From: Anaeromyxobacteraceae bacterium
GTDB taxonomy: Bacteria; Myxococcota; Myxococcia; Myxococcales; Anaeromyxobacteraceae
Reading direction: 5' to 3'
Assembly: GCA_032654565.1 (NCBI GenBank)
Contig: JAULAX010000005.1
Location: 1 to 64,000 of the forward strand
DNA: 64,000 bases
The notes beneath the pieces were generated by a model. That model worked only from the letters and a program-made list of their open reading frames with translations, made no database searches and had not been told where the DNA came from. A program made the position numbers and the translations under genes. This document shows, in pieces, positions 27,894 through 37,335 of the stretch (the stretch's first letter is position 1; each line of letters begins with the position of its first letter).

Positions 27894-28799
27894 ATGTCCA
27901 GCCCAGGCAGCCACCGCTCCGTCCTCGCCGTCATCACCGCCACCGAGACGCTGGAGGGGGCCGGCTTCCGCGTCCGCCGCCCGTTCCCCACCCGGCCGCT
28001 CGACCACCTCGATCCCTTCCTGCTCCTCGACGAGATGGGGCCGATGGACCTGGCGCCGGGCGAGGCCAAGGGGGCGCCCGACCACCCGCACCGCGGCTTC
28101 GAGACGGTCACCTACCTGCTCTCCGGCGAGTTCGTGCACCGCGACTCGCACGGCGGCGGGGGCGTCATCCGGCCCGGCGAGGTGCAGTGGATGACCGCCG
28201 GCGCCGGGGTGGTCCACTCCGAGATGCCCAGCGCCTCCTTCCAGGCCGCCGGCGGCCGGATGCACGGCTTCCAGCTCTGGGTGAACCTGCCGGGCGCCGA
28301 GAAGCTCTCGCCGCCGCGCTACCAGGGGCTGGACGGGGCGACGCTGCCGACGGCCCGCACCGCCGACGGCCTCGCCGAGGTGAAGGTGATCGCCGGCGAG
28401 GCGCTGGGGGTCCGCGCCGCCACCGCGACGCACACGCCCATCCTCTACCTGCACGCCAGGCTCCGGCCCGGGGGCGCGCTGTCGGTCCCGGTCGCCGCGG
28501 GCTGGAACGCCTTCGCCTACGTCTTCGAGGGGCGGGCCCGGGTCGGCCGCGAGGCTCGCCTCGCCCCCTCCGGCACCATGGTGATCCTGAAGGACGACGG
28601 CGCCGAGGTCTCGCTGGCGGCCGACGGCGACGCGTCGGCGCAGGTGCTGGTGCTGGCGGGGCGCCCCATCGGCGAGCCGGTGGCCCGCTACGGACCATTC
28701 GTCATGACCACCGAGGAGGAGCTCCGCGTGGCCTTCGACGACTACCGGGCCGGGAGGATGGGCCGGATCGCCGCCGGGGTCTCGCGCGACCGGGCCTGA
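27894..28799 (+). CDS. pirin family protein
   Basis: DPFLLLDE, HPHRGFETVTY, QWMTAGAGVVHSE, QLWVNLP, YGPFVM. Confidence 0.9.
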   Translation: MSSPGSHRSVLAVITATETLEGAGFRVRRPFPTRPLDHLDPFLLLDEMGPMDLAPGEAKGAPDHPHRGFETVTYLLSGEFVHRDSHGGGGVIRPGEVQWMTAGAGVVHSEMPSASFQAAGGRMHGFQLWVNLPGAEKLSPPRYQGLDGATLPTARTADGLAEVKVIAGEALGVRAATATHTPILYLHARLRPGGALSVPVAAGWNAFAYVFEGRARVGREARLAPSGTMVILKDDGAEVSLAADGDASAQVLVLAGRPIGEPVARYGPFVMTTEEELRVAFDDYRAGRMGRIAAGVSRDRA

Positions 28800-28841
28800 G
28801 CGGGCGCCGCGCCGGGGCGGGGCCTCACCAGCGGACCGGCC

Positions 28842-29630
28842 TCACCAGCTGATCATCTTCCCGTCGCGGAAGAACCCGCCGGTCGGCCCGCCGGCGTCCA
28901 GCCGGGCCGCCCAGAGGATGCCGCGCGCCCCCTCCTCGATCGACCGGGTGGCGCCGGGGGCGCCCATGGCGGTCCGCACCCAGCCCGGGCAGACGGCGTT
29001 GACCCGCGCGCGGCGCGGCGCCAGCTCGACGGCGAGTCGACGGGCCAGCCGGTTGAGCAGCGCCTTCGACACCCGGTAGGCGGTCGCGGCCTGGCCGCCG
29101 CCCTCGGCCTCGACGCCGGCCACGAACCGCCCCGCCACCGCCAGCAGCTGGGCGTCGCTGCCGGCCCGCTCCACCTCCCGGCGCCACGCCGCCGGCAGCG
29201 CCGACAGCTCCCCCATCCCCGAGGAGACCAGCACCACCCGGGCGCCCTGGGCGAGGCGCGGGGCCAGCGCCGCCGAGAGCTGGATCGGCCCGGCCAGGTT
29301 GGTGGCCAGGGTCCGGCGGGCGGCGGCGGGGTCGGCCTCCTCGCCGTAGACGCCGGCGTTCTGGACCAGCACGTCGAGGGCCGGACCGCGGGCCAGCGCG
29401 GCGGCCGCGGCGGCGATGGAGGCGGGGTCGGCCAGGTCGAGGGGCAGCGGGGCGGCGTCGAGCCCGGCGGCGACCAGCCGGTCCACCTGGCGCGCCAGGC
29501 CGGCGGCGTCCCGGCCGCCCAGCTTGACGCGGTGCCCGCCCCGGGCCAGCGCCTCGGCCACGGCGAGGCCGAGGCCGCGGTTGGCGCCGGTCACCAGGGC
29601 GAGCGGGGCGGTGGTCACGGCGTCGCTCAC
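28842..29630 (-). CDS. SDR-family (carbonyl reductase-like) oxidoreductase
   Basis: VTGANRGLG, NAG, YRVSK, VCPGWVRTAMG. Confidence 0.85.
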   Translation of the reverse strand: MSDAVTTAPLALVTGANRGLGLAVAEALARGGHRVKLGGRDAAGLARQVDRLVAAGLDAAPLPLDLADPASIAAAAAALARGPALDVLVQNAGVYGEEADPAAARRTLATNLAGPIQLSAALAPRLAQGARVVLVSSGMGELSALPAAWRREVERAGSDAQLLAVAGRFVAGVEAEGGGQAATAYRVSKALLNRLARRLAVELAPRRARVNAVCPGWVRTAMGAPGATRSIEEGARGILWAARLDAGGPTGGFFRDGKMISW

Positions 29631-30085
29631 CGCGGGCGGATGCGGAGGAAGCCGTGGAGCCGGTGAAGCCAGCCTGCCCCGGGCAGGGCCATGAACGGGC
29701 AGAGGTCGGTGATGGGCTCGACGCCGGCGGCCCGGCAGGTGGCGATGGCCTCGGGGCTCGACGCGCCGGCCCCCCCGCCGCGGTGGAACCAGAGCCGACG
29801 CACGCCGGCGGCCAGCGCCTCCCCGGCCGCCGCCGCGGTCTGCCCTGTCGGTGTGAAGAAGATGGCCCCGTCGACCGGGGGCGAGAGCTCCTGAATCCGC
29901 CCCACCGCCGCCCTCCCGTCCAGCTCGACCCCGGCCGCGGCCGGGCTGACCGGGACCGCGTCGTAGCCGCGCTTCAGGAGCTCGCGCAGGACCACCCGCG
30001 AAAAGTCCTGCGGGTCCCGTGATGCGCCCACCACCGCGATCCGCCGGTGGGCGAGGAGCGCACGCGCCGCCTCGATGCCGCTCAT
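29627..30085 (-). CDS. CoA-binding domain protein
   Basis: IAVVGASRDP, YDAVPVSP, GVRRLWF, CPFM. Confidence 0.8.
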   Translation of the reverse strand: MSGIEAARALLAHRRIAVVGASRDPQDFSRVVLRELLKRGYDAVPVSPAAAGVELDGRAAVGRIQELSPPVDGAIFFTPTGQTAAAAGEALAAGVRRLWFHRGGGAGASSPEAIATCRAAGVEPITDLCPFMALPGAGWLHRLHGFLRIRPR

Positions 30086-30137
30086 GGAGCACCTCCTGGA
30101 GGCGGAGAATGATAGCAGGCCGGTTGCTGCCGGGGGC

Positions 30138-30740
30138 ATGATGCCGGGCGTGAAGCGGACCGCGGCGCTGGCGCTGGCCAATCGCGCCCTCCTGGTGGAG
30201 GCCGTGGCGGCGGTGGCGCCCGCGGGCGGCCTGGCGCTGGAGCTGGGGAGCGGCAGCGGCGAGCACGCCGTGGCGCTGGCCCGCGCCCTGCCGCGGCTCG
30301 ACTGGCAGCCCTCCGATCCCGACCCGGTGGCCCGGGCCAGCATCTCCGCCTGGCGGGACGAGGCCCGCCTCCCCAACCTGCGGGCCCCGCTCGACCTCGA
30401 CCTGCTGGCCCCGGCCTGGCGCCGCCAGGCCGCCGACCTTTTGCTCTGCGTGAACGTGCTCCACGTGGCGCCGCCGTCCGCCGTCGCCGCGCTGCTCGAC
30501 GGCGCCGCCGCGCTCCACCCCGGGGCGCCGCTGCTCCTCTACGGGCCCTTCCTGGACGGCGCGCCGCCGCCGCGCCTGGTGCGCTTCGACGCCGAGCTGC
30601 GCGCCCACGACCCGGCGCTGGGGATCCGGCCGCTGGGGCCGCTGCTCGAGGCGGCCACCGCGCGCGGCCTGCGGCTCGAGTCCCGGCGCGCGGGGCAGGA
30701 GCCGGGCGACCTGCTGCTGGTGCTCCGCCGCGACCCCTGA
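30138..30740 (+). CDS. DUF938-family methyltransferase
   Basis: LELGSGSGEHA, WQPSD, NVLH, LYGPF, FDAELR. Confidence 0.8.
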   Translation: MMPGVKRTAALALANRALLVEAVAAVAPAGGLALELGSGSGEHAVALARALPRLDWQPSDPDPVARASISAWRDEARLPNLRAPLDLDLLAPAWRRQAADLLLCVNVLHVAPPSAVAALLDGAAALHPGAPLLLYGPFLDGAPPPRLVRFDAELRAHDPALGIRPLGPLLEAATARGLRLESRRAGQEPGDLLLVLRRDP

Positions 30741-30821
30741 AAGGCGAAGCGCCCGGGCGGCCAGGACAGGCCACGCGAGCGCTTCGGGTGCGGGTGCCGG
30801 ACGGGCCGGCGGAGGCCTCGA

Positions 30822-31103
30822 CTACTTCTTGTGGCACTCAGCGCACTTGGTCGGGCCCTTCTTGCCTTCCTTGTGGCAGGTCTGGCAGAGGGCGTGCGCC
30901 TTGTCCTTCTCCATCTTGCCGATGGCCTTCGGCTCGCCGGCGCCGTGGCACTTGTCGCAGGCCACCGCCTTGTGGGTGTCGTGCTTGAAGGTGACGTTGC
31001 CCTGCTTGGCCGGCAGGACCTTCGGCTCGGTCGGGGCGACCGGCGCGGCGTTGACGGTGACGGCGAAGAGGACGGCGAGGACTGCGAGCATGATGCGCTT
31101 CAT
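30822..31103 (-). CDS. triheme cytochrome c7 (PpcA-like)
   Basis: Signal peptide, GNVTFKH..H, three CxxCH, GPTKCAECHKK; AAGGAG RBS. Confidence 0.9.
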   Translation of the reverse strand: MKRIMLAVLAVLFAVTVNAAPVAPTEPKVLPAKQGNVTFKHDTHKAVACDKCHGAGEPKAIGKMEKDKAHALCQTCHKEGKKGPTKCAECHKK

Positions 31104-31377
31104 GGTCTGCTCCTTGGAGAGTGTTCGGCGAATTCCAGCCGGTGTACCCGCACCGTATTCGCCAAGCTGGTGACGTCCGCCGACCGACCGGTATTCGATT
31201 CGGCCTGCGGTTCCGGGCTGAACTGGCCGAGTCCCGGAAGGGCGCAACTTACACGGACTCCCGATGCGATCCGTTGCGGCATTGGGACGCACGCGGGGTG
31301 TGGCAACTCGTCGCGGCGGACGTCGCGAGGTGGCCCGAACGCGGCAGCTCGCCGGCGTCACCCAGCGTCGAAGCGGG

Positions 31378-32205
31378 TCAGGCCACCTGCGCCGCGTAGC
31401 GGGCGTTGTGGCCGAAGAGGGCCAGCTGCGCCCCCTCCAGCTCGGCGGCGGTCAGCAGGCCGCGCTCCAGGAAGTAGAGCCCGATGCGCCGCTGCGCCTG
31501 GCCCTGCCGGCCGACCAGCCCGAGCAGCTGGGCCCGGGAGATGTAGCCGCGGCGGACCGCGAACTGGCCGAACGGCTCGGCCTGGGCCCCGTCGCGCCGC
31601 CGCCACTCCAGCAGGTCGGTCACGTCGCGCTGACCGAGCAGCCCCTGCTCCACCGCCAGCCGGCCCAGCGGCGGCCGCTGCCCCCGCTGCCACGCCACCG
31701 CGGCCACGAAGTCCTGCCAGCCGACGCGCCCGGAGTAGTAGAGGAACTCGGCGAGCCGGAGGCGGCGCCGGGGGAGCCGCGGTCCGACGGCGTCGGCGGC
31801 CCGGGCGGTCGGCGGAACGGGCGGGCGCGGCGGCGGTGGTGGTGGCCGCGCCGGCGGTGGTCGTGCGGCGGCGCCACGGCGTGGGGGGGGGCTCCGGGTC
31901 GCGCGCCCGGAGGTCCCGGCCGCGGGCCCGGCCCGGGGCGACGGCGTCGCCCGGCCGCGCACGGCGAACGACTCCAGCAGGGCGAACGCCTCGGTGACGG
32001 CGCGGAACTCGCGCTGCAGCTGTGCCTCGCTCTTGCCGAGGACGGCGGCGCGGTCGGGGTGGGTCTCGAGGGCCCGGCGGCGCCAGGCCGCCCGCAGCTC
32101 CTCGCGCCAGGCCGGGCCGTGGATGGCCGCGGCGAAGCCCGGCCCGAAGAGGACGGTGCCCGCGTCGACCAGCTCTTCCCAGCTCACCTCGCGCTCCGCC
32201 ACCAT
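31378..32205 (-). CDS. J-domain protein with Pro-rich linker and four MshEN-like repeats
   Basis: RRRALETHPDR J motif; four 24-aa xLGxxxxxxGxx repeats. Confidence 0.75.
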   Translation of the reverse strand: MVAEREVSWEELVDAGTVLFGPGFAAAIHGPAWREELRAAWRRRALETHPDRAAVLGKSEAQLQREFRAVTEAFALLESFAVRGRATPSPRAGPAAGTSGRATRSPPPRRGAAARPPPARPPPPPPRPPVPPTARAADAVGPRLPRRRLRLAEFLYYSGRVGWQDFVAAVAWQRGQRPPLGRLAVEQGLLGQRDVTDLLEWRRRDGAQAEPFGQFAVRRGYISRAQLLGLVGRQGQAQRRIGLYFLERGLLTAAELEGAQLALFGHNARYAAQVA

Positions 32206-32343
32206 CGCCCCCGCTGGAGACCCGCTGCCGATATCGGCAGGAATCTAGGGCGAGGCGCAGGGCGAGGCGAGTTTTCGGCCGCGCCGCCCCGGCCCCGGGC
32301 CGCGCCGGGCCGGCCGACGGCGCCCCACCGGACCGGGACCGGT

Positions 32344-33921
32344 TCAGCGCCGCTCGACCTTCACCGTCAGCGTCAACCAGAGCGGGACCGGCCGGCCGTC
32401 CTCGCCGACCCCGGGCGTGAAGACGCAGGCCCGCGCCGCCGCGGCGATGGCCGCCACCAGCGGCTCCGGCGCCGGGGTCAGCGCGTGGAAGAGGGCCGGC
32501 CTCCCCTGGAGGTCCACCACCAGCTTCACGGTGACGCTCTGCTCGGCGCCGCGCCAGGGCTCGGGCACGCGCAGGTTCCGCTCCAGGCAGCCGGGCTCCT
32601 TCAGCGCGGCGCGCAGGCCTCCGGGGGCGGCATACCCGGGCGCCGGACCGGGGGGCGCCGCCTCGAAGGTGAAGCGGACCAGGTGCGGTCCGCCGACGCC
32701 GCCGGCCGGCACCGGGAAGGTCCACCCGGCGATCAGCTCGGCGGCGCAGCCCTCCAGCTCGGCGTCGGGTGGCTCGATGGCGACGCGCAGCTCGCCTGGC
32801 TTACCGCTCGCCTCCACCAGGAAGAAGGCGGCCAGCTCGGCGGCGGCGGGCTGGGTCCGCCCCCGCTCCAGGCAGGTGGCCAGCTGCGCCCGCCGCAGCC
32901 GGACCAGCAGCTCGACCGGCTCGTCGGCGCCAGCCTCTCCCTCGCCCGACCCCTCCAGCCGGAGCCGCTCGCGCAGCGCCGCCGGCAGGCTCGCCAGCTG
33001 GCCGGCCGCGAGCCGGCGGAGCTCCTCCCGTGGGCGGCGCGGCCCACCCGGCGGCTCGGCCAGGTCGAGGGGGTGGAAGCCGCCGTGGCCCGGGATCCCC
33101 AGCGCCAGGCTCGACCACTCCGCCACCAGCCTGGGCGTCGGGGTCTTCGGCCCGGTCGGTCCGGCCGCCTCGCCCGAGGGCTGGCAGGCAGGGAGGATCC
33201 CGGCGCGGCAGGCCCGCCGCTCCAGCCCGGGCTGGTCGGCCTCGGGCGCCAGCCCGGGGGCCCCGGCGGCCAGCAGCGCCCAACGGTGGCAGGCGAGCGG
33301 GAGGCCGCCCTCGCAGGCGCGCTGGTAGGCCCGGGCCGCGCCCGCCAGGTCCTTGCCGTCCAGGTCGCCGCGCTGCCTGGCGGTGCCGAGGTTGAGGCAG
33401 CCCTCTGGCGCCCCGGCGTCGCAGGCGGTCTGGAAGGAGCGGACGATGGTGGCTCCCCCCGGGCCCGCCTCCTCGGGGCGGAGCGTGGTCCGCGTGATCC
33501 CCTCGGCCGCAAGGGTGGCGAGGTTGGAGCAGGCCAGCGCGTAGCCGGCGTCGCAGGCCCGGCGGGTGAGTGCGCCGCCCACGGCGTCGTCCTGGGCCAC
33601 GCCGCGGCCGAGCAGGGTGAGGACGCCGAGGTCGCTGCAGCTGGCCGGTTCGCCGATCTCGCAGCCCTTCATCAGGTAGGCCGCGGCCAGCCGATCGTCG
33701 GCGGGCAGGCCGGCGCCGGCCAGGGAGACCCGCCCCAGCGTGCGGCAGTCGGCGGCGAAGCCCTGCTCGCAGCGCCCCCTCCAGGAGGCGGCGGCCAGGG
33801 CCCCGTCGGCGGCCTCGACCTCGACCGCGACCGCGGTGGAGACGGCGACCGGCCGCGGCCCGCGGGACCCCGCACACCCGGCGAGGACCACGGCGACGAC
33901 GGCGAGCGCGGTGTTTCGCAT
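32344..33921 (-). CDS. Sel1-repeat lipoprotein with two TonB-C/AgmX-like C-terminal domains
   Basis: Lipobox LAGC; ACDAG..ACSNL repeats; AGWTFP and CVFTPG..DGRPV. Confidence 0.65.
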   Translation of the reverse strand: MRNTALAVVAVVLAGCAGSRGPRPVAVSTAVAVEVEAADGALAAASWRGRCEQGFAADCRTLGRVSLAGAGLPADDRLAAAYLMKGCEIGEPASCSDLGVLTLLGRGVAQDDAVGGALTRRACDAGYALACSNLATLAAEGITRTTLRPEEAGPGGATIVRSFQTACDAGAPEGCLNLGTARQRGDLDGKDLAGAARAYQRACEGGLPLACHRWALLAAGAPGLAPEADQPGLERRACRAGILPACQPSGEAAGPTGPKTPTPRLVAEWSSLALGIPGHGGFHPLDLAEPPGGPRRPREELRRLAAGQLASLPAALRERLRLEGSGEGEAGADEPVELLVRLRRAQLATCLERGRTQPAAAELAAFFLVEASGKPGELRVAIEPPDAELEGCAAELIAGWTFPVPAGGVGGPHLVRFTFEAAPPGPAPGYAAPGGLRAALKEPGCLERNLRVPEPWRGAEQSVTVKLVVDLQGRPALFHALTPAPEPLVAAIAAAARACVFTPGVGEDGRPVPLWLTLTVKVERR

Positions 33922-34042
33922 GCAAGAATCCCCCTGTCCGGAGGCGTAGCACGCCGGCCCGGCCGGGGGAGCCGCCCCGCAAGTGATCTTTGACCCGGTG
34001 CCCACTTTCAAGGCACCGGGCCGGGGTGCCATAAACCGGCTC

Positions 34043-34858
34043 ATGATCAGGAAGATGGTCCGGATCGACGAGGCGAAGTGCGACGGCTGCGGCGAGTGCA
34101 TCAGCTCGTGCGCCGAGGGGGCGATCGCGCTGGTGGGCGGCAAGGCCAGACTGGTCTCCGACGCCTACTGCGACGGGCTGGGCGCCTGCCTCGGCGACTG
34201 CCCGCAGGGGGCCATCACCGTCGAGGAGCGCGAGGCCGCCGACTTCGACGAGGCGGCGGTCGGCGTCCACCTGAAGCGGCTCGGCCGGGCCCCGCTGCCC
34301 CACGCCGCGCCGGCCTCGCCGGCCCAGGCCCAGGCCCACGCGCACACCCACGGACAGGGACACGGTCACGGCGGCCACGCCCACGCCGGCTGCCCCGGCT
34401 CGGCGGTCCGCGAGCTGCAGCGCCCGTCGCTCTCGGTGCTGAAGGACCTCCCCGCCCCGGCCGCCGCCCCGGCGCCGCGGCAGGGCGGCTCGACGCTGGG
34501 CCACTGGCCGGTGCAGCTCAAGCTGGTCCCGCCCACCGCCCCCTGGCTGGCCGGCGCCGACCTGCTGGTGGCGGCCGACTGCGTGCCGTTCGCCTACGCC
34601 GACTTCCACGCCGACTTCCTCGCCGGCCGCAAGGTGCTGGTCGGCTGCCCCAAGCTCGACGACAACCAGGCCTACGCCGCCAAGCTGGCCGCCGTCTTCA
34701 CCGCCAACGAGATCCGCTCGGTGACGGTGATCCGCATGGAGGTCCCCTGCTGCGGCGGCCTGTCCTGGGCGGTCCGCGAGGGGCTGGAGAAGAGCGGCCG
34801 GCAGGTGCCGCTGCGCGACGTGGTGATCGGCGTCGACGGCGGCGTGCGGCAGGGGTAG
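34043..34858 (+). CDS. 2x[4Fe-4S] ferredoxin-domain iron-sulfur protein
   Basis: CDGCGECISSC, CDGLGACLGDCP, GCPGS, WPVQL, AADC, GCPKLD, MEVPCC. Confidence 0.85.
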   Translation: MIRKMVRIDEAKCDGCGECISSCAEGAIALVGGKARLVSDAYCDGLGACLGDCPQGAITVEEREAADFDEAAVGVHLKRLGRAPLPHAAPASPAQAQAHAHTHGQGHGHGGHAHAGCPGSAVRELQRPSLSVLKDLPAPAAAPAPRQGGSTLGHWPVQLKLVPPTAPWLAGADLLVAADCVPFAYADFHADFLAGRKVLVGCPKLDDNQAYAAKLAAVFTANEIRSVTVIRMEVPCCGGLSWAVREGLEKSGRQVPLRDVVIGVDGGVRQG

Positions 34859-34864
34859 CAGGCG

Positions 34865-35323
34865 GTGGCGTGCGACAGGGCCAGGGTCACCGGACTGGCG
34901 GCCCGGGTCCTCCAGTTCAGCCTTGACGAGCTGCGCGCCGCCTTCGGCCACCTCGCGGCCCCGGGGGCTGATCCGCGCCACGACACCGCCCCGTTCCGCG
35001 CCTTCCGGGCGGCGCTGCTCACGGCCGCGGCCCGCGCCGCGGTGCGCCCCTGCGACCTCACCATGGCCTGGGGCGGCACCTTCAACGGCTACCGGCTGCT
35101 GGTCAGCGTCGAGCCGCCCGACGCCCTCCCCGGCCTCGACCTGTCCGCGGTCTGCGCCGTCGAGCAGGACGAGGTCGCGCCGGCGCGGCCGGATCGGTAT
35201 CCTCTGGCCCACGTCGAGCCGGGCCACGCCACCGTGGCGCGCGCGGCCGACGGCACCACCCACCAGGCGCCCTTCGGGGCCGCCACCGGCCACTTCGGCG
35301 CGCCGGGGATACGGAGGCTCTGA
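34865..35323 (+). CDS. hypothetical protein
   Basis: Fills the gap between co-oriented genes, stop overlaps next ATG, GC3-rich codons. Confidence 0.55.
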   Translation: MACDRARVTGLAARVLQFSLDELRAAFGHLAAPGADPRHDTAPFRAFRAALLTAAARAAVRPCDLTMAWGGTFNGYRLLVSVEPPDALPGLDLSAVCAVEQDEVAPARPDRYPLAHVEPGHATVARAADGTTHQAPFGAATGHFGAPGIRRL

Positions 35324-36309
35324 TGAAGGCGGTCCGGTTCACCGGCAAGGGCGGTCCCGAGGTGGTGGAGCTGGCCGAGGTGGAGGCCCCCGCGCCGTCC
35401 CGCGGCGAGGTGCTGGTGCGGGTCAAGGCGGCGGCCATGAACCGCGCCGACCTGCTGCAGCGGCGCGGCCTCTACCCGCCGCCGCCCGGCTTCAAGGAGG
35501 ACATCCCCGGGCTCGAGCTGGCCGGCGAGATCGCCGCGCTGGGCGAGGCGGTCAGCGGCTGGAAGGTGGGTGACCGGGTCATGGCCATCGCCGCCGGCGA
35601 GGCCCAGGCCGAGCTGGCGGTGGTGCACGAGCGGATGCTGCTGCGCGTGCCCGACGGCATGTCGCTCACCGACGCCGGCGCGCTGCCCGAGGCCGGCATG
35701 ACCGCCCACGACGCCATGTTCACCATCGGCGGGCTCCGCCCCGGCGCCACCGTGCTGATCCACGCGGTCGGCTCCGGCGTGGCCACGGCGGCGCTGCAGA
35801 TCGCCCGGGCCGCCGGCGCGCTCACCATCGGCACCAGCCGCACCGCCGACAAGCTGGAGAAGGCCCGCGCGCTCGGGCTCGACCACGGGATCCTGGTCGG
35901 GAAGGAGGAGCCGAAGTTCGCCGACGAGGTGAAGCGGCTGACCGGCCGGCGCGGCGCCGCGGTCATCCTCGACTTCATCGGCGGGGCCTACGCGGCGGAG
36001 AACGTCGCCAGCCTGGCCCCGGGTGGCCGCATCGTGGTCATCGGCACCATGGGCGGGCCGAAGGTGCAGCTCGACCTCGGCCTGCTGATGCGGGCCCGCG
36101 GCTCGATCACCGGCACCGTGCTCCGGCCGCGGCCGCTCGAGGAGAAGATCGCGGCGACGCAGGCCTTCGGCCGCGACGTGCTGCCGCTCATCGCCGCCGG
36201 CAAGGTCAAGCCGGTGGTGGACTGCGTCCTCCCCGCCGCCCGGGCCCGTGAGGCCCACGAGCGGATGGAGAAGAACGACTCCTTCGGGAAGATCGTGCTG
36301 GGGTTCTGA
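35323..36309 (+). CDS. NAD(P)H-quinone oxidoreductase (PIG3/zeta-crystallin family)
   Basis: NRADLLQRRGLYPPP, PGLELAG, HAVGSGV, FGKIVL. Confidence 0.9.
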   Translation: MKAVRFTGKGGPEVVELAEVEAPAPSRGEVLVRVKAAAMNRADLLQRRGLYPPPPGFKEDIPGLELAGEIAALGEAVSGWKVGDRVMAIAAGEAQAELAVVHERMLLRVPDGMSLTDAGALPEAGMTAHDAMFTIGGLRPGATVLIHAVGSGVATAALQIARAAGALTIGTSRTADKLEKARALGLDHGILVGKEEPKFADEVKRLTGRRGAAVILDFIGGAYAAENVASLAPGGRIVVIGTMGGPKVQLDLGLLMRARGSITGTVLRPRPLEEKIAATQAFGRDVLPLIAAGKVKPVVDCVLPAARAREAHERMEKNDSFGKIVLGF

Positions 36310-36397
36310 CCTGACCGAGGGTTCCGCCGCGCGGACCATGGTCCGCGGTTCGGCCGGCCGGCGGAAATGGGGGCTGCCTCCAAGTCCCTGAGATCAC
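36310..36397 (+). repeat. 88-bp RAYT-left-end-like repeat, copy A
   Basis: CCTGACCGAGGGTTCC start, 18-bp palindrome CGCGGACCATGGTCCGCG (36330-36347), GAGATCAC at offset 80. Confidence 0.8.
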
Positions 36398-36472
36398 GCC
36401 AGACTCCAGCCCGTCGCGGTCGGCTGGGGCCTGGCTTTGTCCGCCCACCCGTTCCTGCTACCTTGCCGCGCC

Positions 36473-37321
36473 GTGCCCTCCTCCCTCGCCCCTGCCCTCC
36501 TCGGTCTCGGCTCGGCCGTCTCCTGGGGCGCCGGCGACTTCAGCGGTGGGCTGGCCGCGAAGCGCTCTCCGCTCCTCGGCGTGCTGCTGGTCGGCCAGCT
36601 GACCGGCGCCGCGCTGATGGCGCTGCTGGCGCTCATGGCGCGCGAGGGGGCTCCCTCCGCCGCCTCGATCGGCTGGGCGATGACGGCCGGCGCGCTGGGG
36701 GCGGTGGGGCTGGCCGCGCTCTACCGGGGGCTGGCCGTGGGGCGAATGGGGGTGGTGGCGCCCGTCTCGGCCGTCCTCTCGGCGGCCCTCCCGGTCGCCT
36801 GGGGGGCGCTCTCGGAGGGGGTTCCGACGGCGACGCGGCTGGCCGGCTTCGCGCTGGCGCTGCTCGGCATCTGGCTGGTGGCGGGTACCCCGAGCGGGGG
36901 CGACACGGCGGCGGGGCGGGCAGGACTCGGCCTGGCGCTGCTGGCCGGGGCCTGCTTCGGCGGCGTGCTCATCGCCATGAACCAGGGCGCCCGGGGCGGC
37001 ACCTTCTGGCCGCTGGCCGCGGCCCGCGGCACCGCCTTCCTGCTGCTGGTGGCGACAGCGCTGGTCCGGCGCGGCGCCTGGCGCCCGGTGGCCGGGGCCC
37101 TGCCGCTGGTGCTGCTCTCCGGCACGCTCGATGCGGGCGGGCACGCCTTCTTCGTCCTCTGCAGCCAGGCCGGCCGGCTCGACGTGGCCGCGGTGCTCTC
37201 TTCGCTCTACCCGGCCAGCACGGTGCTGCTGGCGTCCGCCGTGCTGCGCGAGCGGATCGGCCGGACGCAGGCGCTGGGCATCGCGGTGGCGCTGGGCGCC
37301 ATCGCGCTCATCACGGCTTGA
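36473..37321 (+). CDS. EamA/DMT-family transporter
   Basis: WGAGDFSGG, YRGLAVGRMGVVAPV, LSSLYP; about 10 TM segments. Confidence 0.85.
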   Translation: MPSSLAPALLGLGSAVSWGAGDFSGGLAAKRSPLLGVLLVGQLTGAALMALLALMAREGAPSAASIGWAMTAGALGAVGLAALYRGLAVGRMGVVAPVSAVLSAALPVAWGALSEGVPTATRLAGFALALLGIWLVAGTPSGGDTAAGRAGLGLALLAGACFGGVLIAMNQGARGGTFWPLAAARGTAFLLLVATALVRRGAWRPVAGALPLVLLSGTLDAGGHAFFVLCSQAGRLDVAAVLSSLYPASTVLLASAVLRERIGRTQALGIAVALGAIALITA

Positions 37322-37335
37322 TTTGGCCTCGCTGG

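Noticed and set aside
33983..34012. FNR/CRP-type box upstream of the Fe-S protein
   Set aside because: The TTGAC and TTCAA half-sites are not at canonical spacing.
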